Of a stretch of DNA of 64,000 bases, positions 40,592 through 55,135 are shown one piece after another (positions within the stretch are counted from its first letter, which is position 1; every line of letters begins with the position of its first letter). The stretch is from the human T2T-CHM13v2.0 reference genome, Homo sapiens. The notes below the pieces were generated by a model. That model did not search any database and was not told the DNA's origin. It saw only the letters and a program-made list of their open reading frames with translations. Position numbers and translations under genes: made by a program. The DNA is taken from the NCBI RefSeq assembly GCF_009914755.1, contig NC_060932.1; one strand, given 5' to 3'.

Positions 40592-40927
40592 GAGTTAAAC
40601 ACAATTACTTTAAGGCAACACTCTCCAAAAGTTCAATGATGCCTCCAGTTTTAGGAATCAGAACCTATTTTATAGACCGCGACTGAGAGCAGGACGCCCT
40701 CTGCTTCTTCGGTGCAGGCGCCCCTGAGAACAATACTTCCACTGCATTTTCCCAAGTGGCAAACCTTGTAGTTGAAGATCCAGGTACTGCGGTGAGCACA
40801 TTACTGCGTTATGTCAGATGCGTTATTATCTTTATCCATCTTCCCTTAACTCATCTGCCTGCAGTTTCATTTCATGTAGACACAGAATGTTTGACAGGAA
40901 GACTGATGAAGTAGCAGCCCCTTCTGC

Positions 40928-41135
<208 letters not shown>

Positions 41136-42100
41136 TGAAGCCTGAATGGAGGCTCTTTGTACCCTCCAACTTGTGACCTGGAAGGGACACAGAGCAAAGA
41201 ACTGTCCTCACTGGCCAAGGGGGACAGAGTGCTTACAGCTTTGGGTCATTACAGCTGTTCCTTGCCAGCTCTTTGATTTCATCTCCCTATCGTTTTCTGC
41301 TTTGTTTGCATCCTTTCTCTTTCAAACTATGCCACATCGTGACACCATCTGAAAACAAAAGTATCTTCCCCCAGATCTCTTGAAAAAAGAAGGAAAAGAA
41401 AGAAATAGGTAGAAAGTTAACCCAGTGGAGACTAGGGCAGTGTCACTGTTCTTGGACCTCCAGATACTACAGTTCTGTAGGCAAAGACTGCAGCAAAAGA
41501 AATCACACACCAGCTTACTCGGCAGCCAGATCAGACTGGGTGGAGATTGCAGGCTGTCCCAGCAGGGTCAGGCCTACAGCTGACCAGCTCCACCTGCCTG
41601 CTTCTCTCTTCCAATATGCCATTCTGAAGCTTGGGTTCCTCTGCATTTTCATCCTCTTTGCCTTGCAGTCTGCTGTTCACATGCAGGGGTTACTATGGTA
41701 ATAGGAAAACCCTGTCGTGTTAACAATTTTTTACGGAGAGAGTTTAGGCAGAAGCATCAAACTGGTGTGTTTATCTTTTTATGGGGATAGAAGCCTGTGT
41801 TCTGAGTTTCCAAGGGAGTCAGAGGAGTTCTGGTCTACCCACAACTGTCCAAACCACCTGGAAATGGGTCATTGCCTGGGCCACTGGGTGGGGATGGACT
41901 GCCAGCCCTGGGTGAATCAGAAACGTCTTTGCCAGGAGCAAGGAACAAATAGTCCTGGCCTTCATTCCTTTCAGATATGGTAAGACAAGGTGTGCTGATC
42001 ACCTCTGCACTGAGAAATCTGCCAAGTGAGTAAATGAACACATGGCTTTGTTCTCTGTTTATTCTCTCTGTTCTCTTTTCTCCTTTAAGAGTTGTGTTGA

Positions 42101-43126
42101 AAATGGGATCTAATTAAACCTAAGAGCTTCTGTACAGCAAAAGAAACTATCAACAGAGTACACAGACAACCTACAGAATAGAAGAAAATATTCACAAACT
42201 ATGCATCTGACAAAGGCCTAATGTTCACAATCTATAAGGAACGTAAACAAATCAACAAGGAAAAAACAAATAACCCCATAAAAAAGTGGGCAAAGGACAT
42301 GAACAAACACTTCTCAAAAGAAGATGTATAAGTGGTCAACAAAGATATGAAAAAATGCTCATCATAGCTAATCATCGGAGAAATGCAAATCAAAATGGCA
42401 ATGAGATGCTAGCTCACACCAGTCAGTATGGCTTTCATTGAAAAGTCAAGAAATAACATATGCTGGCAGGGCTGTGGAGAAAAGGGAACGCCTATATACT
42501 GTTAGTGGAAATGTAAATTAGTTCAGCCACTGTGGAAAACAATTTGGAGATTTCTCAAAGAACTAAAAATAGAACTACAGTTCGACCCAGCAGTCCTATT
42601 ACTGGGTATGTACCGAGAGGAAAATAAATCGTTGTACCAAAAAGACACCGGCACCCACGTGTTCATCACAGCACTATTCACCATAACAAAGACATGGCAT
42701 CCATCCGGATGCCCACCAACAGTGGACTGAATAAATAAAATGTGGCACATATACATCATGGAATACCATGCAGCCATTAAAAAGAATGAAATTATGTCTT
42801 TTGCTGGAACATGCATGCAGCTGGAGGCCATTATCCTAAGCGAACTAACTTAGGAACGGAAACCAAATATCACATATTCTTACTTATAAGTGGGAACTAA
42901 AACATTGAGTACTTGTGGACATAAAGATGGCAAAAATAGACACTGGGATGACTAGGGGGAGGAGGGAGGAAGGGAGGGGGGCAAGGGTTGAAAAACCAGC
43001 TGTCAGGTACTAAGCTCAGTACCTGGTGATGGAATCATTCATAGCCCAAGCCTCAGCATCATGTAATATGCCCATGTAACAAATCTGCACAGGTATCCCC
43101 TGAATCTAAAATAAAAGTTAAAAAAA
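42101..43126 (+). mobile_element. L1PB-like LINE-1, 5'-truncated (ORF2 C-terminal remnant plus 3'UTR)
   Basis: Translates WDLIKPKSFCTAKETINRV...[15 protein letters not shown]...WKCKLVQPLWKTIWRFLKELK with in-frame stops; aataaa plus A tail; TSD agttgtgt(t/c)ga next to a ttt/aag endonuclease-type site. Confidence 0.95.
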
Positions 43127-43146
43127 AGTTGTGTCGAGTGGGTATG

Positions 43147-43275
43147 TAGACTGGACTGTGAGCTTCCTGAGAGCAGGGCTGAAGCTTACTTGTTTTTTGT
43201 CCCCTCTTCCCCTGCTCCCCATTGGGTACCAATTATAGACCTGTGGATGCTCCATAAATGCTTGTATTGACTTGA
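43147..43275 (+). mobile_element. L2 3' end
   Basis: ctggactgtgagcttcctgagagcaggg...gatgctccataaatgcttg. Confidence 0.65.
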
Positions 43276-44579
43276 CCTGACTAGTTGGTAACCCACAGCA
43301 ATGGAGAAACAGAGAGACAGATTACATCAGTGGTTTGAAAGAAGGAAGGTACAGGGGAAGCCTTCTCTGGGGAGATCTATCAGGGCAGAGTTCCTGAATG
43401 ACAGGAGCTGTGGGACGTCATGAGTCTTAAGACATCTCTATACTGGGGCTGGGAAAGTGGCACCTACCTCCTTTCTCAGATAGCCCAGAGCAACAGGTGA
43501 CATGGAGTGTTCCAGATGACTATGGTGGAACACATTTACGTGGCTCATGACATGACCCACTGGCACATTCTATCTGTCCTCCAACCTCCCCTGTTTCTTC
43601 CATCTTTTAAAGACTAATTATCTCTTCCTTTGCTCTGCAGCATAAGTGATAAGGAGGTAACAGCTGTTCACACTGGCATTGTACAGAAATCATAGTCTCA
43701 TAGAACATAAGCATTGCCGTGTGCCAAAGATCATCTGGAACAGTGAGTGATTCACAGTCTTTCTTTCCCCCGTGCAACACTCTAAAGGGTTGAGCCACCT
43801 TCCTATCAGCAGAAAGAGCCTTCTACAGTGGTGATCTGGACTGCGGTGGGGTAGGGTGGGGAGTGTCACATGGGGATCTCAGGGGGTCGTGATGGTAGCT
43901 GTCAGGTTTGTTTTCTGTCATCTAGAGGGCATAGCCCTGGGAGAAGGGGACATAGGACAGGTACATTGTGATAAAAGTGATTAGGAATAGCCTGGAGCAC
44001 ACAATGGGTAGTCCTGCCCTCTCTGTATCCCACAGTTCTGATACTCCCTTCTCTATGCTCCTTCTTAAGTTGAAAATCACTGATCAAGTTAACTTAATTT
44101 TTCAGACGTGGAAAGCCAGAGAGACCCAAAGAAGGGAGGCAGCCAGAAACACAGAGTAAAAGACAATGCTGTGTGTTAAACCCAGGTCCCACAACTCCTG
44201 GTCAAGATCAGCAGAGCATAGAACTCTCTGAAAAGGACAAACATGCTTTCTGCAGAAGAGCAAAGGATATTGATGTACTCATTTGTTAGTTTAAAATGAA
44301 AGAAGAAGGAGGGGGCCAGGGAGTTCTTGAAAAGCAGCTGAAGAAGTCAGGGACACCTGGACATCAGCTAGAGGCATGGAAGGGCAGGGGCTGGTGTTTG
44401 GAGGCAGGAGAAAATCCTGCTTTACCTGAGACTGCAGGCTGCTTTCCAGGCTGGACTGCGATGGCAGAGGTGGTGGGGGCCAGGGGCTGTGGGTGGAGAT
44501 GCGCTGGAGCTGGGGCGTGCGGGATCTCAAGCCCACCGTGTGCATCCAACTCCGTATTCAGCAAGGCTGTGTCAGTCAC

Positions 44580-44780
44580 GCACCAGCTCTGTCACACACC
44601 AGCTAAGTGACTTTGGCAAGCTGCCTAATCTCTTTATGCTTCAATTTCTTCATTTGTAAAAATGAAGATGGTAATGAAAGTACTTATCTGGCAGGTTACT
44701 ATAAGGATTAAACAAGTTAATGTGTGTAGTTAGAAGAGTGTCAAGTAGAAAGTAATCAACTATATTAACCATTATAATTG
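44580..44780 (+). mobile_element. MIR
   Basis: gtgactttggcaagctgcctaatctctttatgcttcaatttcttcatttgtaaaaatg...aggattaaa. Confidence 0.85.
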
Positions 44781-45586
44781 TGTTTATTACCTTGGCTTGC
44801 TTATGGGTCCCCAGAAAGCCAAAGAAAGAATCTCAGGGTTGTTATACAATGTGAGCAGCTACTAGAGAGAAGATTTAACAAGGTAAATCATGGTTTAAGC
44901 CAGAACCACCAGATCCTGTCATGGGCGGATTAGTGAAGGACTCAGTGGTGAGGCCCCGGATGTACCTGCCAAGCTGGGCGTCAAACACTTTCCATTCATT
45001 TTCTCCAAGTCCCCCCTGCTTTTGGTGCCTTCCTCCCACCTCCCAGGGGTCTGCTCACATCACACTCCCTGGCGGTGAGTGTAACCCTCCTATTCCATGG
45101 GGGACAGCTCCCCCAGGCAGGGAGACTTGTGTTTTCAACTTTTCTGGGATATGCCATGAGACCTTCCCTGTGTTCAGGGCTCTGTGCCCTGCTAAGTGAC
45201 ACATAGCTGCTTTGATAAACAAACTCTAAACATTCATGGGATACTGTTTTCTATCAGAGTAGCCCTCATAACCATCTCAGGAAATGGTCATAATTTTTAA
45301 AATCAGTATTCCAGGGACATGGATGTTTCACTCATTAAGGAAAACGAATTCCTAGTCACAGTACATTATCCTGCGGCTTTCCAGGAATGATGTCGACCAC
45401 TCTCACAGTTCCTTCTAACACCCAATAAATCCAAAATACTGCTCTTCATGACTGTCTATAAGTCCCAAAGATACTTCCAATTCTACTGTCCCAAACCGAC
45501 TGCATCATCTTATCTTCAAGATCAGCTTCTTTTGTGTTCATTGTCCCAGGTGATGGCAACCCCTTCCCCCAATTACTTAAGCCTGA

Positions 45587-45745
<159 letters not shown>

Positions 45746-45804
45746 TGATTCCTCCCTTTCCCTTCACCCCTTGCCACGATTTAGTCAAACCAGTCTATGG
45801 AATT

Positions 45805-45918
45805 TAGGGTGACCAATCATCCCAGTTTTCCTGGGACTGAGGAATTTCCCAGGATGTGGGACTTTCAGTGCAAAAGTCAGGAAAGTCCTGGGGAAACAGC
45901 GATGAGTTAGTCACCGCA
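45805..45918. mobile_element. MER81-like hAT-Blackjack MITE (114 bp, palindromic)
   Basis: TIRs tagggtgaccaa ... ttagtcaccgca with internal inverted symmetry. Confidence 0.85.
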
Positions 45919-46363
45919 GATGAACTTCACCTCCATTTCTTGACTCCATCTCCTCCATCTGCAGCCTACCTTGCTAGTTCAGGTTCTTTCTGGCACTTAC
46001 CTGGACCACTGCAGTGGCCTCCTAATATATGTTGAAGCCCCCAGCCTTGCCCCCTCAAATTTACCCTCCAAACAGCTAGCAGAGCCATCTTTGGAGAAGG
46101 CACTCTGAGAAGGTCACTTCACTTCTTGGCTGCCCTCTGACCCCCTTGGCTTCTCAGTGGCTCCCGACAGCCTACAAGACAGAGCTAAGATCTCTACCTG
46201 GCACACAGTGGCCCTGTGATCTGGCCCCTCTGGCTACCAATCTGGACTCTCAACAACCTACTGGCACCTTTCCATACCAGTAAAACAAGCTGGCCTCTAG
46301 TATCTTCCATGCTCTCCTTCCAAAGTACACAGGCCCTTGACTTTGTATCTTTACCCCTGTTAT

Positions 46364-46750
46364 TGTCTTAATTAGGACCCTCACAGAAGCAGAGCTGAGA
46401 CAAAGATTTGGATGCAAACAGTTCATTTGAGGGGTGATCCTAGAGGCAGGTATAAGAGAGTGGGGACCGTGAGACAGGGAGGAGGAACAGCCAATCTGTG
46501 TGTGCATGGTCACTGCTGGAGGACAGGGTGAGGGATTCCACCAAGCCCTCAGAAGCAGACACAATGCCTCCAAATGATGGGAGGCTGGAGTGGTTATCTG
46601 CCAGCTCCTATCCCCTTTCACTGAGAGATGCCTCTGGATGTAACCTCCCCCAGCTTGCAGGCCTTGCTTGCAAGAAGCCCTAGAGGCAGAAATCAGAAGG
46701 CTGCATGGTGTAACCTGAGGTGGGTGCTGCACTGTTGGGTCTGAGCCCAT
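46364..46750 (-). mobile_element. LTR16-like ERVL solo LTR
   Basis: cagaagcagagctgagacaaagatttggatgcaaacagttcatttgaggggtgatcc...gtgagacagggaggagg. Confidence 0.75.
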
Positions 46751-47064
46751 CGTGGCTGAGGCTGAAGTCTGAAGCAGACCAAAGGGAGCTGCCTCTGCCT
46801 GGAATGACCTTCCTCATTTTTTCTGGCCTGAGTTGCAGGCAGGATCCAGGTTTGTTCCCATTCAACTTTAAGACACCCTGAATTATCATCTCCTCCCAGA
46901 ATTCCTGCCCAAAAGACTTACTACCAAAGCAGGAGCTGTACCCCTAGTACCTAGGACCATTATAGAGCTGGGTCCTGGCTTTCCCTCTGTGGCCACAAAT
47001 CCCCAAACTCATGTTGATCCAATCCAGGGCCTCAAAGCTGAGGCTTTATTTTAATTGTCACTTA

Positions 47065-47305
47065 AGTAGTGTTTATTATGTTGCTGGGTACTAGTCTAAG
47101 CACCTTACAAATTTCAACTCATTTAATTCTTAGAAAAACCCTATAGGCTAAGTATGATTATTTTCTCTCTGTTTTACTGTTGAGGAAATTAAAACACCAA
47201 GAGGTTTAGTAACTTGCCCAAGGTCACACAGCTAATAGTGTCAGAGCTAGGACGCAAACCCAGGCACGTGGCTCGGAATCCCAGCTCTTCCTCTCCACAC
47301 ACGGC
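47065..47305 (-). mobile_element. MIR
   Basis: aactcatttaattct...ttttactgttgaggaaatt...gtaacttgcccaaggtcacacagcta. Confidence 0.9.
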
Positions 47306-47365
47306 TGCTCAGCTAGAGAGGGCTCCCTGGATACAGAACAAGAAGGAGCAGGAGTCTTAGAGGAG

Positions 47366-47783
47366 TGTATTGGCTTGCTAGGGCTGTTGTAAAAAAGTAC
47401 TACAAACTGATGACATCAACAACAGACATTTTGGGGCTGGCAATCCGAGATCCAGGTGTCAGCAGGGGTGGTTTCTTCCAAGGGTGCTGAGAGAGAAACT
47501 GCTCCAGCCTCTCTGCCAACTTCTGGTAGCCTCTGGCACCCTTGGCTTGTAGATGGAATTCTCTGTGTCTTCACATCATCTCCCCTCTGTATATAGCTGC
47601 AACTGTGTCCTAATTTCCCTCTTTTTTAGGACACCAGTCATATTAGATTTGGGTCCATGCTAATGACCTTATCTTAACTCTATCATCTACAAATATCCTA
47701 TTTCCAAATAAGGTCACATTCACAGGTACCTATAGGAGTTAGGACTTCAACATCTTTTTGGCAGGCTAATTCGAATCATAACA
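47366..47783 (-). mobile_element. MLT1B/C-like solo LTR
   Basis: tgtattggcttgctagggctg...ggacaccagtcatattagattt...ctatttccaaataaggtcacattcacaggtac...ataaca. Confidence 0.88.
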
Positions 47784-47927
47784 AGGGGGCTGCTCTGGGC
47801 TTCCACACCCCCCGCTCTTAGTAATGGGCAGAGAGCTTGAGCACTTGTGCTCCAGGACACGCCAATGCATGAACGGGACACTCAGGGCATCTCACAGTTT
47901 GATCAGGCTTGTAGCCTTCATGGTACA

Positions 47928-48300
47928 TATATTAGTCCATTCTCATGCTGCTATAAGTACATACCCAAGACTAGGTCATTTATAAAGGAAAGAGGTTTAA
48001 TGGACTCACAGTTCCTCGTGGCTGGGGAAGCCTCACAATCATGACAGAAGGCAAAGGAGGAGCAGAGGCACATCTTACGTGGTGGCAAGCAAGAGAGCAT
48101 GTGGAGGGGAACTGCCCTTGATAAAACCATTAGATCTCATGAGACTTATTCACTGTCATGAGAACAGCATGGGAAACTACCCCTCCCCCAACACACACAC
48201 CATGATTTAATTACCCACCACTGGGTCCTTCCATGACATGTGGGGAAGATGGGAGCTACAATTCATGATATTTGGGTGAGGACACAGACAAACTGTATCA
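47928..48300 (-). mobile_element. THE1 (D-like) solo LTR
   Basis: Perfect TSD gtaca (47923-47927, 48301-48305); gaggtttaatggactcacagttcc...agatctcatgagacttattcact. Confidence 0.95.
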
Positions 48301-48578
48301 GTACATCTCACAACACCTAGAATCCAGACACCAAGGATGATGCACAACATTTCCCTGTTTTCCCCACCAATTCACCCTTAAGTCTATGTAGAATCAGCCC
48401 TGCTGAACATCCTTGAGTTTCTTTTCTCTCTGTGCTCTCTCCTTCCCTCTCCCTTGACATCCCCTAAGCTTTTCCTGCCATAGGAGCTGGATTGCTCCTC
48501 TTAGAGTGACATAAATCAAGGTCATGGACATAATGTTCTAGGCAAAATTCTGGGAGGAAGGTGATTCTTAAGCATTTC

Positions 48579-49004
48579 TGTAGCCAGACGGTGTTATGCA
48601 GCATCTGCATCTCTCAGAACTTGCGGGGGTGCTCTGGTCAACTTCCTCTGCCAGTCTCTGCCTCTGAGCCTGATATTGATAATTTCTGCCCTCACTCCCA
48701 GCCCAATCTCTGAAATCTCTGCCTACCCACAGGTAGACCAGAAGTACTAGGAAACTCACAGCCTTAGAAGCAGTCCTCAGGGTTGGCGTACAAATACCCC
48801 AGCTCACTCCTGCTTGGATGGGATAATTCTGAGTTGAGTATTTTACACCATTTCTCAGTTTCCTACAGGTTTAAGTAGGTTTACTGGCTGCCTGGCCTTC
48901 CCCGTGCCACCTCCCCACTTGTATTCCCTGCAATTTTTGAATAAATTACTCACACTCAAATCTTTACCTTCAAATCTACTTTTGGGAAAACTGAAACTCA
49001 AACA
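48579..49004 (+). mobile_element. LTR16-like ERVL solo LTR
   Basis: aaataccccagctc...gatgggataattctgag...aataaattactcacactcaaatcttt...cttttgggaaaac. Confidence 0.7.
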
Positions 49005-49058
49005 GCAACCATAGGAGAAGCTCCAGGCCTTTCAGATTCCTGAGTGGAGTTTCTAGCT

Positions 49059-49555
<497 letters not shown>

Positions 49556-50081
49556 CTATTTCACCTGTTTCTCTTGAAGAAAGTTGTGCTTTTGAAGGAT
49601 CAGGATTTCACTTAAGGCAGATGCTGCCCACAAAAGAATCCCACTGGTAGCACTAAAAAATGACAGGCTTATCTGCACTAAAGGCAAGGCTTGTGCCACT
49701 TAGAAGGCTTGAAGTTCTTGTAATTACTTCAAATAAAACCACTCCAGTGTTCTCTTGGTAAAACCCTTCAAAATCCAAGCTAACTGAGTGCCTCTTCTTT
49801 CTCTTTTAGCCATATGTTCTTAGAGACAATGTTTTCCATGACCTTGAGTTTATTAGGTTTTCAAGAGAGGTTGAGAGTAGAGTCCTTCAGAGAATGTTAA
49901 ACACATTTTCCTAGGAGGAAATGCTCTCTAAGAACCATTTGTAGTGCAGAGAAAGAAATCAAAATCTTTTCTGCATAAAGGGTGAAGCCAGGCTGTCCAC
50001 GTGTACTTAGGACCCTTGAAATTACGAAGAGTTTCACGTTGAGAACGGTCATGTCTCCCTTGCTGCTGGGACACAAAGGAT

Positions 50082-50530
50082 GCAGTGTGGTGACTGGGCA
50101 AGTGCCTGGGCTTTGGGGTCACCCTGACCAGGGACTTGATGCCTGATTCTTCCCCTATGTGACTATGAGACTTTGGGCTGGTTTCTTAATCTTTCCTTAT
50201 CTGTAAAGTGGGCATAATAGTAGTACCTGCCTCATAGCATTGGTGTGAAGATGAAATGAAGCAATGCACGTAAAAGGTCAGCACATTGCCTGGCATTTAG
50301 AAAACACTTAATCAGTGCTATTATCTTTACCATTGTCATGAGACAGACTCAAGTTCAAATCCCAACTCAGTCACTTATTGATTGTGTGAACTTGGCCAAG
50401 TTGCTTAACCTCTGTGTCTCAATTTCTTCACTTTTAAAATGGAGATAAAATCTACCTTGAAGGATTTTAAGGAAGAAAGGTTATTTGTAGGCAGTACTTG
50501 GCATGCAAAAGGTATAACTTAATAATTATT
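50082..50530 (+). mobile_element. Two tandem MIR elements
   Basis: ttccttatctgtaaagtggg...gtacctgcctcatag (first) and gttcaaatcccaactc...cttggccaagttgcttaacctctgtgtctcaatttc (second). Confidence 0.85.
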
Positions 50531-50864
50531 ATTATATCTTTTTCTCCTTGTAGTGACAGGCATGTGGTAGGAATGTAACATACTTTGGCTGGATTATTTT
50601 TCTCTATGCTGAAAGATATTAATATCAGGCCTCTTTGCAGTTACTTCAGTGGACTACTAAAATTACTTCTTAGTGGACTCTGAAATTTGTATAGTGTTTT
50701 ATACTTTATCAAGATATGCCAGGGATATCCTCTCTTTTGACTTCTTGCATTTACTCACTGTAGTCAGGGATAAGCTCTATGTTTTATATGTTAATTTCAG
50801 TCATGCTTTTGTGCATATTAAAGTCCATTTCAGGGATGAGGAGGCTAGGAACAGGAAGAAGCTC

Positions 50865-51110
50865 ACAGTAACTGAGAACTTTGTACCCTGCACTGTGCCC
50901 AGATTTACCCATACTATCTCATTTTGTCTCCATAGCAATCCTTTGCTATTCCTCGAATAGGCTATTATTATATCCATTTCACAGGTAGGAAAACTGAAGC
51001 AAAGAGAGGTTCAACACATCATCCAAGATGACACAAGGTGGAGCCAACTTTCAAAGCCAGGCTGTCTCCCTCTGGAGCCCTAGTTCTTCCTCACTCTGCT
51101 ATCTTGCCAC
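50865..51110 (-). mobile_element. MIR
   Basis: attattatatccatttcacaggtaggaaaactgaagc...tccaagatgacaca. Confidence 0.75.
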
Positions 51111-52729
51111 ACCATGGCTTTTTTGGCTTTTTTTCTTCTCCCTCAAGGACCTCTGCTTTGGTGAATTCTTGCCAAAATGAACCTCAGAGACATACATCTA
51201 AGGACCTTGCGTGCACCAAAGAGGGTGGGTGGAGGGGGCAGAGCTTCCTGGGGGTCCACTCTAGGGCCTGCAGGAGGCCTGACCTTGGGCAGACAGCCCT
51301 AGCCTCAGCTCTTCTTATAGCTCCCTTGCTCTTTCCTCTTCTTGAACTGCTGGGTGCCAGCATCAGTTCAGCTCTTTCCCCCCACCCTCTGCTCAAGGCC
51401 TAGGAGGACAGCAGCTGTCCCTACTTGCTGCACTGTGGGGAGGCGCCTGTGCTCACTGCTCTGCTGTTGAAGAGCTCAGTGAAGCATATGATGTGACTGT
51501 GGATATCCAACTGCTTTAGCTGACATCTTGGTAAGTGGCTTCCCACTCCAGTTCCGTGGAGGCCTTTCCCCGTTCTGATGTAGACCCGTGGGGTGAAGAC
51601 TGGTGGGTCAGTGGGCATGCGGGGTGTGCTGGCATGTATGCCGCAGGGGGTCCAAGCAAGTTTGCTAGGTAGGTCTCATTTCTCCCTCTCGTTCTCTGTT
51701 TCTCTGTCCAGCAAACTGGATGGATGTTATTTCACAGACACAAAAGTGTTACAAAATCCAGCCCCCCTCCTTTGTTTTTTAAGCAAGATGGCATCTCCTT
51801 TTCAGGCTTGCTGTGGTGGGCTGAGCCGTAACCTTACATGGGCGGATCCAGGCTTCATTTCACATAATTCACATTCTTGGCTTCCTGAGTCACTGTCATC
51901 ATCTAACCTTTCCTGACAGCCAGGAGTGTGTGGGCGTGGATGGACAGGGAATCAGATAAGCCCCATCCATCTGTGCACACATCTGCTCGGGACCCCTTTA
52001 CCTGATTCTAGAGAAAGCCTTTCACATTTAAAATAACGTGACTAAAAAATTCTTGTGTGAATTTCTTAATCCCTTGCTGGAGTCAGTGGACATTTTTGGA
52101 CCAGGAGACATATGGCTGCCAAGAAAGGCTGAATCAGAAGGCAGGCAGCATCTCTTTAAATCCAAAACCTCTTTAACTGTTGAGTAGAAAATCAGAGTTC
52201 AGCATAGTGGCAGATTGTCAAGTTGTTCTCACAGTGAGAATCGTTATCCAAACCTAGTCTTATTCTGCATGCTTTCCTATTTATTCTCTTTAATCTCATG
52301 TCTTCTGAGACAGATTCCTCTTCTGCAGTAGACCCAGCCTTATCAAAACAGGAAGCAACTGTGGAAGCTTTCTCTGGGAAAGTAATCCCTGAGTGGCAGA
52401 TGACTTCCAGGCTTACATTTTACCCCTTTCTCATCTGCCACATGCCCACTCCCTACATCTCCATCCCCTGGTTTGTGTAGAAAGCCATAATAAAGGACAA
52501 TCCCTGGGAGCTCTTCCAGGGGTCTGCAGTGAGGATGAAGCTGAGGGCGTGTGTTACAGTCCACAGTGGTCACTTGGTGAGGCTCATCTGTGCTTGTCAG
52601 GAACTGGCTGGCTTTTATCCCAGGGACCTTGTAAGCTGTCTAACTCGGGCACACTCTCAAAGGCCCAGGGCACAATGCAGGCAACAGGTAAGGCACGTGG
52701 AGAAGTGGGGAGCACAGGTAAGGTTTAGA

Positions 52730-53260
<531 letters not shown>

Positions 53261-53504
53261 GAAAAGCCTTCCTGAATTGACGCCTAAAGCCATGTTTGTG
53301 GTCTCCCCTTAGCAAACTTAGAGGATGCATGGGGTGTATTTTTGATACTTGATCATATTTCAGGGTTCATTTTATGTAGCCTTGTGTTTCCTTTGCTTCT
53401 TCATCATCATTTAATTCTATTAAATGTTATCTCATCCAACTGCATGTATCACCAAAGATGCCTTTTTGGAATAAGAAAGATAAATGAATTTCTTAACTGC
53501 AACA

Positions 53505-53855
53505 TACTTGACCTCCCTGTTCTCCCAGGTCCCCACACTGGGCTAGTCTTTAGCTGAGTGCTGATGAGTCTAAGACGATCATGGTAATTCCTTCCCAGGG
53601 ATTGGTTTTGGCATGCTCATGTGACACAACTCTAACCAATGACATGTAAGAGAAAGTATGGGGGAGGAGTGTACGTTGGAAAAGTTTTTTTAATGAAAAA
53701 GCTCTTGGACTCTTTAAACCATTGTGAGTCCCAGAGCTGACAGCCCTGGGACTTCCTCCTTCTCCTGGTTAAGTGAGATAACTAGTTTTTCTTATTATTC
53801 AAGCGACTTTTATTCAGGTTTTTCTGTTTGTAGCCAAAGCATCTGAGTTGATATA
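53505..53855 (+). mobile_element. MLT1K-like LTR fragment
   Basis: atcatggtaattcc...gattggtttt...catgtgacacaactctaaccaatgacatgtaagagaaagt...tttctgtttgtagccaaagcatc. Confidence 0.65.
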
Positions 53856-54233
53856 AAAAGGAAATTTCTAGGTCGTTAGCCATGCTCAGCTCACAAGATC
53901 AGATAATTTACCTATTCAGAGGGGATAGGCTGACTGCTCCTCAAGGGCCACCCTATTGAGAAGACCAAACTGTAGATTTCCATCTCTGCTGCTATTGCGG
54001 GTGGGTTGCGGGAGGCTGCAGGCACATTCCCTCCATAGCATTTACTGATTGCCTGCGTGAAGAATCCTTAATTCCAGTAAGCATGGTGAATGTGAGCAGA
54101 AGGAACTAGGTGTATTTTTAAGGACAGCCTCATGGAGTTCTAGAGATGAAAGCTGAAGGAATTTTCCTGAAAAGGACTGGGTAAGTGCATTTTCTTCTCA
54201 CAACTAGTTAGAGTTCCTAAACTGTTAGGATGA

Positions 54234-54585
<352 letters not shown>

Positions 54586-54904
54586 TGAACCATGTTTAGC
54601 TCTCACTTTTCTGCAATAAGCTACGAAATGTGATTTGTGACACCTAGAGATGCACCAAGGGCTCAATAACCCACGAGCCCCCCTAAATGCATGGATAGGA
54701 CCAGCCTGAGGCAAAGCTGTGATATGGGCCCTCCCATCCCACAGTGTCAGTGGACCCAGATGGGTCACCCTCTGGTCTGGGAGTCCTCTCCCTACCTCTG
54801 GAAGAAATGTTGGGTTTCTTCCAACATTTGCCATTTCCTGAGCCCATCAAAGCTACAGAAAGTCCTGCTAGTAATAAAGAGGATGGTGATAGTAGTATGA
54901 GCCA

Positions 54905-55135
54905 CAGCAGTAGTAGTAAAGCCTAACCACACCGAGACCTTGTATGTGTTAGACACTTTAAGTACTCTATCTATAGTAACTCATTTAACTCACAAAAACC
55001 TGGAAGGTAAGTTATCCTCATTTGACAGATGAGAGAGCTGGAGCCAAAGTCACATAGCTAGTTGGTGGCAAAGTTGGGATTCAAAGCCAGGCAGTCTCAT
55101 TCTGGGCCTTGTGCCAGATGAATGTGCCACTGTCC
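54905..55135 (-). mobile_element. MIR
   Basis: aactcatttaact...cctcatttgacagatgag...aagtcacatagctagttggtggcaaagttgggattcaaagccaggcagtct. Confidence 0.85.

Noticed and set aside
42101-42860. L1 ORF2 C-terminal reading frame as an active element
   Set aside because: 5'-truncated, no endonuclease or RT domain, multiple in-frame stops.
42955-42990. G-rich tract as a novel G4 element
   Set aside because: It is the ordinary polypurine tract of the L1 3'UTR.
46250-46750. Longest ORF (166 aa, minus strand)
   Set aside because: It runs through an LTR16-like element and L2 sequence; a chance open frame.
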